Counted from the first letter of the stretch, positions 12,358 to 21,305 are shown. The stretch is 64,000 nucleotides of DNA from Opitutales bacterium (GCA_024407725.1 JAKSVZ010000001.1:22746-86745), one strand, 5' to 3'. A program made the numbers and translations. The notes: generated by a model not told the origin, from the letters alone.

Positions 12358-13023
12358 ATGGTTTCCAATCAAAAAGAATACCACGACCGCCACTGCAATC
12401 CCAAGCAAGATTCAAAACCTCCTATGGATGACATGGGGCTCTGGAAATCTCAACAAAAAATCTACCCGCAAATAGCCTTAATCACCGTATTATTATTCGG
12501 TATTATCTGCATTTTTAGTTTCAACAACCCCCATCAGTCCCCTATTCCTATCCAACACGTTGCGCAAAAGAAGCCCATACATCCTGTCCTCAAAAAGGAT
12601 GTTCCCGTATTCTTGCAATTGCTCGATATGCCCTATCAAACCAACCATTTGATAGACCTACGGAACGATATTATCCGCGACCATCTCGATACCCATGAGG
12701 AAAATTTCATTGAGCTGCAAACAGGAGAGGAATACTCCAAACGCAACTCTCCCTTATTCCAAGACGAACGTCCCAATGCGGTCGCCGCTAACAAACGTCC
12801 ATTTAGCAAACGCAATACTCAGGAAGTGCAACAATGGCTGTCGAATCAAATTTTCCATGTAACCTACAATAATTTTAATAGCACCATAGAAATTAATGGG
12901 CGGGTTTTTCGCCTCAACGAAATGGTCGACGAAAAACTGCAGTTAGTATGGAAAGATATTGACCCAATCGAAAAAAAGCTATTCTTCATCGATCCTTACC
13001 GTCAATACGCCATTCAATATTAA
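12358..13023 (+). CDS. Hypothetical membrane-anchored protein
   Basis: 221 aa with one TM helix (IALITVLLFGIICIFSF) and a soluble C-terminal part ending TIEINGRVFRLNEMVDEKLQLVWKDI. I recognise no family with confidence. Confidence 0.5.
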   Translation: MVSNQKEYHDRHCNPKQDSKPPMDDMGLWKSQQKIYPQIALITVLLFGIICIFSFNNPHQSPIPIQHVAQKKPIHPVLKKDVPVFLQLLDMPYQTNHLIDLRNDIIRDHLDTHEENFIELQTGEEYSKRNSPLFQDERPNAVAANKRPFSKRNTQEVQQWLSNQIFHVTYNNFNSTIEINGRVFRLNEMVDEKLQLVWKDIDPIEKKLFFIDPYRQYAIQY

Positions 13024-13051
13024 ATTGACAACGTCATCGCTTTCCATCACG

Positions 13052-13555
13052 ATGGGGAGCATGAAACAATTACTTTGTTTGCCAATATGTTTATTATTGC
13101 TTTGTGGTTGCAGTGGTCCTGAAACCAGAGGGGAATATGCTGCAACAGGTGCTGGAGCGGGTGCTTTAGCGGGAGCAGCTGCAGGTCAAATGATTGATGG
13201 CCATACTGGGGGAACGTTAGCAGGAGCAGCTATTGGTGCTCTCGGTGGTACTATTTTGGGAGCTGTTGCGCACGAGCATTCACATCCCCAAGGAGAAACT
13301 TCACATAAATCAAACGCTAATTACGACAACAGCGAACAAATCCGCAATGAAGTTCGTCGTAAGAACCAAGATGACATTGATCAAGCGCGCTCCGATTTAA
13401 GGAAAAAGCAGCTTGAAAAGGAAAGCCTCGCGGTTGATAACGAAAAACAACGCTTATTGTTAGAACAAAAGCGCTTACAAATTGAAGAAGCACGTTTACG
13501 TCAAGAAGAGGAACGGGTCAATCATAAACGAATGAACCCTGCAAATCCCAACTAA
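13052..13555 (+). CDS. Lipoprotein with glycine-zipper domain and charged coiled-coil tail
   Basis: A signal peptide with lipobox LLLCGC follows the ATG at 13052 (MGSMKQLL...). Next comes a Gly/Ala zipper ([14 protein letters not shown]...[19 protein letters not shown], like the 17-kDa antigen/SlyB type), then a K/E/R/Q-rich helix. The track ORF start at 12959 overlaps the previous gene. Confidence 0.65.
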   Translation: MGSMKQLLCLPICLLLLCGCSGPETRGEYAATGAGAGALAGAAAGQMIDGHTGGTLAGAAIGALGGTILGAVAHEHSHPQGETSHKSNANYDNSEQIRNEVRRKNQDDIDQARSDLRKKQLEKESLAVDNEKQRLLLEQKRLQIEEARLRQEEERVNHKRMNPANPN

Positions 13556-13604
13556 TCTCGGAGGCGGGCTAAAAAAGCATCTTGTATCAACAAAATTTAT
13601 TATA

Positions 13605-13692
13605 GGAAGGATGGCGGAGCGGTCGAACGCGGTGGTCTTGAAAACCATTAAACTGAAAGGTTTCGAGGGTTCGAATCCCTCTCCTTCCGCCA
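13605..13692 (+). tRNA. tRNA-Ser (anticodon TGA)
   Basis: GGAAGGATGGCGGAGCGGTCGAACGCGGTGGTCTTGAAAACCATTAAACTGAAAGGTTTCGAGGGTTCGAATCCCTCTCCTTCCGCCA. It has acceptor GGAAGGA/TCCTTCC, anticodon loop CTTGAAA, a long variable arm (class II tRNA) and an encoded CCA. Confidence 0.92.
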
Positions 13693-13708
13693 GAAAACAT
13701 TTATAACC

Positions 13709-14761
13709 ATGGAAAAGAAACAAAACATTTTAATTCTCGGAGCTAATGGATTTATCGGAAGCACCCTATGTGCACATTTGCTTGCAAAAACCCAGCATGA
13801 AATCTATGCCGTTGATTTAAGCACGCACAAACTAGCTCCGTGCATTAATCATCCTCGTTTACATTTTTACGAAAAAAACCTCATGATTCACCATGAGGAT
13901 ATTGAGTATTTAGTAAGCAAATGCGATGTTGTTTTGCCGCTCGTGGCTATTGCAACCCCAAATGTTTATGTAACCAAGCCGCTGAGTGTATTTGAATTGG
14001 ACTTTGAAGCCAATCTGCAGGTGATTCGTTGGTGTGTAAAATACCATAAGCGCGTTATTTTCCCGTCCACTTCTGAAGTGTATGGTATGGCGCCTGATGC
14101 ATCGTTTGACGAACATGCAACCTGCTGCGTTTTAGGTCCCATCGAAAAGCAGCGCTGGATTTATTCCTGCTGCAAACAATTGATGGATCGTATTATCTAT
14201 GCGTATGGTTATGAACAAGGGCTGTCGTATACCATTTTCCGCCCCTTTAATTTCATCGGTGCCAAATTGGACAACATCCACAACGACACCGGTTCGCGTA
14301 TTCTAACGCAATTCTTACATAACGCCCTCAATCACCAACCGCTTAAGTTGGTTGATGGCGGAACCAATCGTCGTTGCTTCACCTACATCGATGATGGTAT
14401 TGATTGCTTGGTTCGCATTGTTAATAACGAAAACGGTTGCGCCGACAATGGTATTTTCAACATTGGTAATCCTAACGAAAACTATTCGATTGCCGAACTC
14501 GCTCAAATTGTTAAAGAAGGGCTGGTTGAATTTGATCCCAAATTAGCTGATTCGATTCAAATGGAAAATGTAACCTCAGAAGCCTATTATGGCGCAGGTT
14601 ACCAAGACGTCAGCAGACGTATTCCATCCATCAAGGAATCGCAAACAAAGTTAGGTTGGCAGCCGAAGGTTTCACTACGTGAAGCATTACATACCATCTT
14701 AACCTATCACTTTAAAGGGATTGATCCAGATGAATCGCTTGTAAAAAACGCTAAACGTTAA
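13709..14761 (+). CDS. NAD-dependent UDP-glucuronate decarboxylase/epimerase, ArnA C-terminal-domain-like
   Basis: 350 aa. [14 protein letters not shown]...[14 protein letters not shown]...PL.VFELDFE.NL...[18 protein letters not shown] closely tracks the E. coli ArnA dehydrogenase domain as I recall it. There is no N-terminal formyltransferase domain. Confidence 0.8.
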   Translation: MEKKQNILILGANGFIGSTLCAHLLAKTQHEIYAVDLSTHKLAPCINHPRLHFYEKNLMIHHEDIEYLVSKCDVVLPLVAIATPNVYVTKPLSVFELDFEANLQVIRWCVKYHKRVIFPSTSEVYGMAPDASFDEHATCCVLGPIEKQRWIYSCCKQLMDRIIYAYGYEQGLSYTIFRPFNFIGAKLDNIHNDTGSRILTQFLHNALNHQPLKLVDGGTNRRCFTYIDDGIDCLVRIVNNENGCADNGIFNIGNPNENYSIAELAQIVKEGLVEFDPKLADSIQMENVTSEAYYGAGYQDVSRRIPSIKESQTKLGWQPKVSLREALHTILTYHFKGIDPDESLVKNAKR

Positions 14762-14852
14762 TTTAACCCCATTTTTAATAGCATTGTGGGGAATTTCCCT
14801 ATGAATAATTTAGGGCTTGCGATTTTTTTATAAACTGTCTAATTGTTGGCAT

Positions 14853-16661
14853 ATGGAAAGTGAATATAATAGTGCTACGCAAACTTCCGTAAACGAAAAC
14901 TCAGATAAATTTTCAACTCAATTCAACCCCGGAACGTATTGCTACCATAACAGCTTTGGAATTGGCTGTGTGCAGAGTGTTGATTCGGAGCAAGGACGCA
15001 TCATTATTAAATTTGAAACCCAAGCAGAACCTCGGTCGATGGATGCCGGATTTTGCGCCAAAATCCTAACAATTTTACCCAAAGAGCACATTGTTGTTGA
15101 AGCCCGCACAAACGCAGAAGACATTAAAAAGCTCGTAAAAGAGGATCCTGTTGCATTAGTTATTCGTGTTTTACAAGCCTCTCCAACCCATCAAGCCAGC
15201 AGCTTGAAAGTAAAAGAAGTCTTGGGGCAGGCACTCAGTAATTTCCTAGCACCGGATGAGTTTAAAACTTGGTGGAATGGAACACAAAAGAAGATTAAGT
15301 CGGAAGCACGTATTGATTGCTCAAAAGACACACCTTCAAATTACACGCTACTCGAAACTCCTGTTGCTACTGATCAAAAGCTAATTCAGGAGTTTTTTGA
15401 TAGCACTACACTCGAGCAAAAATTAACTAAGGCCGCTGAGTTGATGAAATTAAACTTAGCTCCTGCTGATTTACAGCCTGTCGTTGAGCATTTAAATCAA
15501 ATGCTTAAGGAAGCAACTTTATCGCCAGTCCAACAATTAAAAGCCTGCTGGATGCGCAATGATTTATCGGGGAGCAATGCTGCTGCGGATGAACAAGCAA
15601 TCGTTCAAAACAAACATGCATTGTTGCTCAACATACTGGATGAGTTATCCAAAGCAGAACAGGGTCGGTTCTTAACCTCCATTAAATCGGGACGCTCCGA
15701 TTGGGAAGACACATTAATTAATTTCTGCACCCAATCGCAGAACCTAAATTCTATTGATTCTAGCTTTAAGTTCTTAAGCCACAATGACGCACTGTCAGCA
15801 TTAATTAAGACCCTAAAGGAAGACTTAAAGGAACGGACTTTATCGAAAGCCTTTGTTATTTGGTTGATCAACCATAACAACCAATACGCATCAATCCTAT
15901 CGCCTTTATTGAATCATCAGTTGTTAACCTACATCTTTCAATTGATTAACAACGAAAGTGTGTTGCAGAAGCGCAACTGCCATATGGATTTGGCAGAATT
16001 ATTGTACAAAGATAAAAGTTTCGTCGAAACCATTCTGTCTACTTTGCCTTCAAGCGAAATCGCCGATCACTTACTGCAATTGATTTTAGCCAATCAATCA
16101 TTGAGTTATGCGAAAAAATGCTCATTTATCACGCGTTTTATCCGTAAATTCCCTGAATTAGAAAACACGTTGAAAGATCGCGATACCCATCGCAAAGAAG
16201 ATAAATTGTTGGTATCTCAAGCGAGCTTGGATCGTTTACAGGCCGAATACAAGAAGTTGGTTGAAGAAGATATTCCCAACAACAAAGTTGCAATTGCTAA
16301 AGCGCGCGAGTTAGGTGACTTGAGTGAAAACTCAGAATACAAGATGGCTCGCGAAGATCAAACCGTTCTACAGGCAAGAAAAGTTTCCTTGGAGCGTTCG
16401 CTTAACAACTGCCGCGTCATTAAACCTGAGGATGTTTCAAGCGATAAAGTTAGCGTGGGTACTCAAGTTGTATTAAAGTCCAAAGCCGGTAACACTACTT
16501 ATACCATTGCAGGTGCTTGGGATGGACAGCCTGAGAAAAACATTTTGTCGTATCAAACCCCATTCGCTCAAGCCTTATTGGATAAAGCGGTCGGCGATAC
16601 CGTTACCTTACCGAATGGAACAACAGCCACCGTTCAATCCATCAAACCGTATTCAATCTAA
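14853..16661 (+). CDS. greA: Long GreA-family transcript cleavage factor with ~450-aa N-terminal extension
   Basis: The C-terminal ~150 aa form a canonical GreA (LGDLSENSEYKMAREDQ coiled-coil tip, then an FKBP-like domain VSVGTQVVL...GDTVTLPNG). ATG at 14853 is preferred over TTG at 14817. The N-terminus contains a KOW/CarD-like segment (see findings). Confidence 0.8.
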   Translation: MESEYNSATQTSVNENSDKFSTQFNPGTYCYHNSFGIGCVQSVDSEQGRIIIKFETQAEPRSMDAGFCAKILTILPKEHIVVEARTNAEDIKKLVKEDPVALVIRVLQASPTHQASSLKVKEVLGQALSNFLAPDEFKTWWNGTQKKIKSEARIDCSKDTPSNYTLLETPVATDQKLIQEFFDSTTLEQKLTKAAELMKLNLAPADLQPVVEHLNQMLKEATLSPVQQLKACWMRNDLSGSNAAADEQAIVQNKHALLLNILDELSKAEQGRFLTSIKSGRSDWEDTLINFCTQSQNLNSIDSSFKFLSHNDALSALIKTLKEDLKERTLSKAFVIWLINHNNQYASILSPLLNHQLLTYIFQLINNESVLQKRNCHMDLAELLYKDKSFVETILSTLPSSEIADHLLQLILANQSLSYAKKCSFITRFIRKFPELENTLKDRDTHRKEDKLLVSQASLDRLQAEYKKLVEEDIPNNKVAIAKARELGDLSENSEYKMAREDQTVLQARKVSLERSLNNCRVIKPEDVSSDKVSVGTQVVLKSKAGNTTYTIAGAWDGQPEKNILSYQTPFAQALLDKAVGDTVTLPNGTTATVQSIKPYSI

Positions 16662-16664
16662 CGG

Positions 16665-18893
16665 GTGACCCAGCAAACACACAATGACCCTACACTCTCA
16701 AACGAACTAGTTCAATTAACGGGTGTTTTAAAGCGCATTGTATTCACCAATGCTACCAATGGGTATTCTGTTTGCATTTTAGATTTAACGCACAAAGAGG
16801 GGCTGGTTACCATCACCGGAAGTTTTCCGGGGGTACAATGCGGCGAAACCCTAAAAGTACGCGGGACGTGGATTACTCATCCTACCTTTGGAAAGCAATT
16901 CAAGTGCACGTCATTTGAAACTACCCTGCCGGCTGATGTCCATGGCATTCGGCAATACCTCAGCAGTGGACTTATCCACGGAATTGGTCAGGAATACGCC
17001 AATAAAATCGTTGAGTATTTTGGCACCCAAACGCTTCATGTCCTCAATGAAGCCTCAGCACGTTTAACAGAAGTGCCGGGAATCGGTAAAAAGCGGGCAA
17101 CCATGATTAAAAAAGCATGGGATACTCAACAAGCCGTCCGAGATACCATGATTTTCTTACAAGCTTACGGCATTACCAATACCCAATGCCTGCGTTTGTA
17201 CCAAAAATACGGCGACAAAACGAAAGACGTCATTACCCAAAATCCCTACATTTTAATCGATACCATCGATGGAATTGGGTTTAAATCAGCCGATAAAATC
17301 GCACTCAACTTAGGGCTTACCGTTGATAGTCCGTTTCGTATCGACGCTGGCATTGACTATATGCTCTCACAAGCGGAAGGCGAAGGTAATACAGGGGTAA
17401 TTGAGACAGAATTGATTCAAGAAACAGCCAAGCTGCTCGACCTGCAATCAACGCTTATTTCTCAGCGCATCCCTATCCTCATTGATCAGCAAATCATTAC
17501 GCTCTATCCCCCATTGCAGCTCATTCAACATAACCGCTTGGCAACCCACGAAGCATCCATTGCGAAGCATATTGAGCGGCTGTACAACCAACCGTCTACC
17601 TTACCCCCCATTAAGGTTGATTCAGCTCTCCAATGGAGTGAGGCAAAGCTGGGGATTACTTGGTCGGATACCCAGAAAAACGCTTTGCAGGCCATATTAA
17701 AATCAAAGCTGGCTGTGTTAACCGGTGGCCCAGGAACCGGTAAAACCACTTTGTTGCGCGCATTGGTTAGCATTTTAACTGCAAAACATGTGCGGATTGG
17801 TTTATGCGCCCCAACCGGTCGGGCTGCTCAACGCATGAATGAAACCACTGGGTGGACCGCGCAAACCGTTCATCGGTTGCTAAAATACGAACCAACCATC
17901 GGGCGTTTCACCTACGATGAAGATAATTTATTGCCGGTTGATTTCCTCATTATCGATGAAACCAGTATGTTGGACGTTCCCTTAACACACGCCCTACTGC
18001 GCGCCTTACCCAGTTCGGCTCATATTGTGTGCGTCGGGGATATCTATCAGCTGCCATCGGTTGGAGCCGGCAATGTTCTGCATGACTTTATCAAAAGCCC
18101 CTACTTTCACACCGAATACCTAAGTGATATTTTTAGACAGGGACAAGATAGTTCCATTGTGAGCGTGGCGCATGACGTTTTAGAAGGGAAACAGAAAATC
18201 AATGCCCCTACGCTACCGCCTGAAAGTTCCCTACCGCCCCCATGCGATGTTTACTTTCTGCCAATAGACGACCCTGAGCAAGGCATGCGTGTGATACAAC
18301 ACCTCTGTTGGGAATCTATTCCGAAATGGTATGGGTTGGATGGTGTTCAGGATACTCAAATTTTAGTCCCTATGCACCGAGGCGCTATTGGAATTGACCA
18401 ATTTAACGCAACTTTTCAGGAACATGCGGGGTTGCAGCGACGTAAAATCACGGTTGGGGCGCAAAAATTTTTCGTAGGGGATAAGGTAATTCAGGTTAAA
18501 AACGACTACAATCACGGGATTTTTAACGGCGATTTGGGCATTATTCAAGATATAGATATGGCAAAACACGCCTTAACGATTCAGTTTAATGATGAATTCC
18601 ATACCTTAGAAGGCAGCGCCTGCTCCAATTTAAAATTAGCGTACGCCATCAGTATTCATAAATCCCAAGGTAGTGAGTTTCCGATTGTGATTCTGCCGCT
18701 CTTCATGCAACATTTTGTTATGCTCAAGCGCAATTTGTTGTACACCGCCATTACCCGTGGACGCAAAAAAGTGTTTTTGGTAGGTGAAGAACGCGCGTAT
18801 GCTTGCGCCGCACGTACCCTCGACAGCACCATTCGACATACAACCTTACAAATGCGCTTACACCATCTCTTTCAAAAACCCACAAAGACTTAA
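16665..18893 (+). CDS. recD2: RecD2-type SF1 ATP-dependent DNA helicase
   Basis: 742 aa with an N-terminal OB-like region (LTGVLKRIVFTNATNGYSVC), HhH region, Walker A GGPGTGKTT, DETSML, VGDIYQLPSVGAGNV and a C-terminal AISIHKSQGSEF. The start is GTG. Confidence 0.88.
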   Translation: MTQQTHNDPTLSNELVQLTGVLKRIVFTNATNGYSVCILDLTHKEGLVTITGSFPGVQCGETLKVRGTWITHPTFGKQFKCTSFETTLPADVHGIRQYLSSGLIHGIGQEYANKIVEYFGTQTLHVLNEASARLTEVPGIGKKRATMIKKAWDTQQAVRDTMIFLQAYGITNTQCLRLYQKYGDKTKDVITQNPYILIDTIDGIGFKSADKIALNLGLTVDSPFRIDAGIDYMLSQAEGEGNTGVIETELIQETAKLLDLQSTLISQRIPILIDQQIITLYPPLQLIQHNRLATHEASIAKHIERLYNQPSTLPPIKVDSALQWSEAKLGITWSDTQKNALQAILKSKLAVLTGGPGTGKTTLLRALVSILTAKHVRIGLCAPTGRAAQRMNETTGWTAQTVHRLLKYEPTIGRFTYDEDNLLPVDFLIIDETSMLDVPLTHALLRALPSSAHIVCVGDIYQLPSVGAGNVLHDFIKSPYFHTEYLSDIFRQGQDSSIVSVAHDVLEGKQKINAPTLPPESSLPPPCDVYFLPIDDPEQGMRVIQHLCWESIPKWYGLDGVQDTQILVPMHRGAIGIDQFNATFQEHAGLQRRKITVGAQKFFVGDKVIQVKNDYNHGIFNGDLGIIQDIDMAKHALTIQFNDEFHTLEGSACSNLKLAYAISIHKSQGSEFPIVILPLFMQHFVMLKRNLLYTAITRGRKKVFLVGEERAYACAARTLDSTIRHTTLQMRLHHLFQKPTKT

Positions 18894-19031
18894 AAAACTT
18901 AATCTATTAAAACCGAGCTCGAACAGCGTTTACGTGCATCCGGTATCGTTATCAAATCTATCGGGGAAACTGCCATTTCATGCAAAGTTCAACGACAAAC
19001 GACCCCCGAAACCCTGCGCTACTTAACGTTT

Positions 19032-20003
19032 TTGCAGCAAACCTATCACAAGCCGTTAACGATTGAATGGGTAAATAAGCATGACATTAAATCCCCCTCA
19101 TCGGACGCTGGAGCAATCCACACGGAAGCACACCCGACGTTATTTAAAGCTTCGTCAATCCCAACCCTGCTTTCCGACCTATTATCGCAACATTATTTAT
19201 CGGGGTATTCCGATATCCACTTCGAGCCGCATGAGCAATTCATACGCATTTTAGCGCGCAAACAAGGAATTTTGTCAGTCGTTAAAGAATGGCCAATCGA
19301 ATGGCAACCCACCTTGGAAAACATTATGCGATTGAAGGCTAATTTAACGCACCTCAATCATCATACGCCTTTAAATGGCCAATTTTCGCACTCGATAGGC
19401 AACCGAACGTTTTACTGTCGTGTTTCTATGCTCCCAACCCTACTGGGTGCGAATACAGTTGTGCGTTTCCATACGCCCCATAATGCACAAAAGTTCAGCT
19501 TCGAAGCTTTGATGCAAACACAATTTGCGCAAAAAGTACTGCATGCTCCTGCCGGTTTATGGCTAATTACAAGCCCCATTGGTAACGGAAAGACAACCCA
19601 CTATTATCACTTGCTGCATCAACTGCAAGCAACCCAACGGATTTTTAGTTTTGAGGATCCGATTGAAATCCCACAGCCTAATATCTTTCAGATTGAGTTT
19701 GAACCTAATACGCTCAACAGCCTTTGGAGTAAGCTGATTCTTCGACAAAGCGTTAATGTTATTGGATTAGGGGAAATTCGTTCAAGCGAGCAATTGAAGT
19801 TCGTAGTAAATGCAGCCCTTACCGGACATTGCACGCTAGCAACCCTTCATGCTCGCTCCTTAAGCGACGTTCCCCATCGACTGCAGCTGTTTGGCTATTC
19901 CTTATCCCAACAACAAAACTTTTTACGGGGTATTTTATTTCAGCAATGGGAACATCAAGGTTCCGAACGTCGCTTAAGTATTCAAGAAAAGCTCTATAAT
20001 TAA
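19032..20003 (+). CDS. Short GspE/PilB/ComGA-like secretion ATPase homolog with atypical Walker A
   Basis: 323 aa, TTG start. It has the N2-domain pattern SDIHFEP...FIRILARKQG, P-loop TSPIGNGKTT (canonical GPTGSGKTT), Walker B/Asp box VIGLGEIRS and His box TGHCTLATLHARS. It ends about 55 aa after the His box with no Zn-binding C-domain. Confidence 0.6.
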   Translation: MQQTYHKPLTIEWVNKHDIKSPSSDAGAIHTEAHPTLFKASSIPTLLSDLLSQHYLSGYSDIHFEPHEQFIRILARKQGILSVVKEWPIEWQPTLENIMRLKANLTHLNHHTPLNGQFSHSIGNRTFYCRVSMLPTLLGANTVVRFHTPHNAQKFSFEALMQTQFAQKVLHAPAGLWLITSPIGNGKTTHYYHLLHQLQATQRIFSFEDPIEIPQPNIFQIEFEPNTLNSLWSKLILRQSVNVIGLGEIRSSEQLKFVVNAALTGHCTLATLHARSLSDVPHRLQLFGYSLSQQQNFLRGILFQQWEHQGSERRLSIQEKLYN

Positions 20004-20833
20004 GCTTGAGCAATACTGCGACCTGACGAAGCAACCGCATTGAGCAATTGCTGCATTTCAGACAATATATTGTTGATAAACTGCATCAAATTCTCTGAGA
20101 ACTTCTTGTTTTCATCCCGCATACTATTAAACACCTCAACAAGACGTTCTTGTCTAGCCACATCAATATTAGCTCCTTCTTTATCTTTATTCCATACGGC
20201 AGACATGATTCCTCCACAGCCTTCAATAATCTTGCCAATTGCTCCACCAATAGAATTGATCATCTCAGCAGCAGCTGCAGCAGCTTTTTTGGCTGCCTCG
20301 TCAGCACCAGCATTTGATATTCCCTTAAGTCCAGCAATTCCGCAAACAATGGATACAGCACCAGCTACCATACTACAGATTGCACCAGCCATAGCCGCCT
20401 TGTAAGCAGCATCCATACCATTCTCCATCTGCTTAATCTTCTCATCAAAAGCGCTTAACATCTCGTTTAGAGCATTTTTGTCTGCCTCCTTTTGGTTAGT
20501 CAACAAAGCAGCAAAAGCTTTAATGATATCCTTCATCAAATTGCGAATAGTATCATCTCCGATTCTCTCCCATCCAAGAAAGTTATCAATAATGACCATA
20601 CCAATTTGCTCAACCATTTGAGTTTCAGTGGGTTCTTCTTCCGAAGTTGTAGGATTTTGAATCGTCAGATCATCGTCATCAACATAAGACTGGCTAACAA
20701 TTCCGCCATTGTTCATCTTATATTGAAATTTGCTAGAGGATGTATCTTTTTCTTTAACATCATTTTCTACAGGTAAAGAAGTAGTACTACTCGAAGGGTT
20801 AGACGTATTATAATTGGTTGTTGGAATACTCAT
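20000..20833 (-). CDS. Putative T3SS hydrophobic translocator (YopD/SctB-like)
   Basis: 277 aa with a Ser/Thr/Asn/Pro-rich N-terminus and no signal peptide. It has a central hydrophobic segment AAMAGAICSMVAGAVSIVCGIAGL, a second Ala/Gly-rich amphipathic stretch and a C-terminal amphipathic helix FSENLMQFINNILSEMQQLLNAV. This layout matches YopD/PopD-class translocators. It is divergent from sctY-sctV. Confidence 0.45.
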   Translation of the reverse strand: MSIPTTNYNTSNPSSSTTSLPVENDVKEKDTSSSKFQYKMNNGGIVSQSYVDDDDLTIQNPTTSEEEPTETQMVEQIGMVIIDNFLGWERIGDDTIRNLMKDIIKAFAALLTNQKEADKNALNEMLSAFDEKIKQMENGMDAAYKAAMAGAICSMVAGAVSIVCGIAGLKGISNAGADEAAKKAAAAAAEMINSIGGAIGKIIEGCGGIMSAVWNKDKEGANIDVARQERLVEVFNSMRDENKKFSENLMQFINNILSEMQQLLNAVASSGRSIAQA

Positions 20834-20927
20834 ATATCTTTAAAAAAACGACCATTTATTAAGAAAATTCCTCCTTTATATACGTAATTTTACTCCAAAT
20901 TATTTTTGAACAAAAACACACGAGATA

Positions 20928-20955
20928 TTTACTTCTGTCATAAACTTGTTATAAT
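20928..20955 (+). promoter_or_regulatory. Candidate sigma70-type promoter of sctY-sctV
   Basis: TTTACT (20928-20933), 16-nt spacer, TATAAT (20950-20955). The ATG at 20964 lies only 8 nt after the -10 box. The 7-bp inverted repeat CTGTCAT (20935-20941) / ATGACAG (20954-20960) overlaps the -10. Confidence 0.35.
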
Positions 20956-20963
20956 GACAGTGT

Positions 20964-21305
20964 ATGGGCTTGCTGAATAAGCAACAAATTGATTTTTTGT
21001 ATTTGCTGGCATTTTTATACATGCAGCAATCGAAATTTCAATTGGCGCTCTACCTTTTACGCATCCTTCGTTTGCATACCGCCAATGATGCCAAAATAAC
21101 GATAGCCCTGATTGATTGCCTCTACAAAGCCAAACGCTGTGAAGAAGCCTCCAAGGTAATGCAATCCATCGATGCAACCAAATTGAACCATAAGCTATTA
21201 GTAGCTTATTACTATATCTGCAGTAAAGTACTGTGGGATTTAGACCAAAAGCCTGCCTCACGTGCTATGCTTCAAAAATATTTAACGAAACGCGCTTTAT
21301 TGTGA
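20964..21305 (+). CDS. sctY: T3SS TPR-like chaperone, YscY/SctY-like
   Basis: 113 aa (YscY is ~114 aa). The helical-repeat pattern KQQIDFLYLLAFLYMQQSKFQLALYLLRILRL resembles the YscY N-terminus as I recall it. It lies immediately upstream of sctV and overlaps it, as in Ysc-type loci. Confidence 0.55.
   Translation: MGLLNKQQIDFLYLLAFLYMQQSKFQLALYLLRILRLHTANDAKITIALIDCLYKAKRCEEASKVMQSIDATKLNHKLLVAYYYICSKVLWDLDQKPASRAMLQKYLTKRALL

Noticed and set aside
18784-19026. 80-aa plus-strand ORF bridging the recD2 3' end and the intergenic region
   Set aside because: It overlaps the recD2 C-terminus in another frame and has a low-complexity product with no signals.
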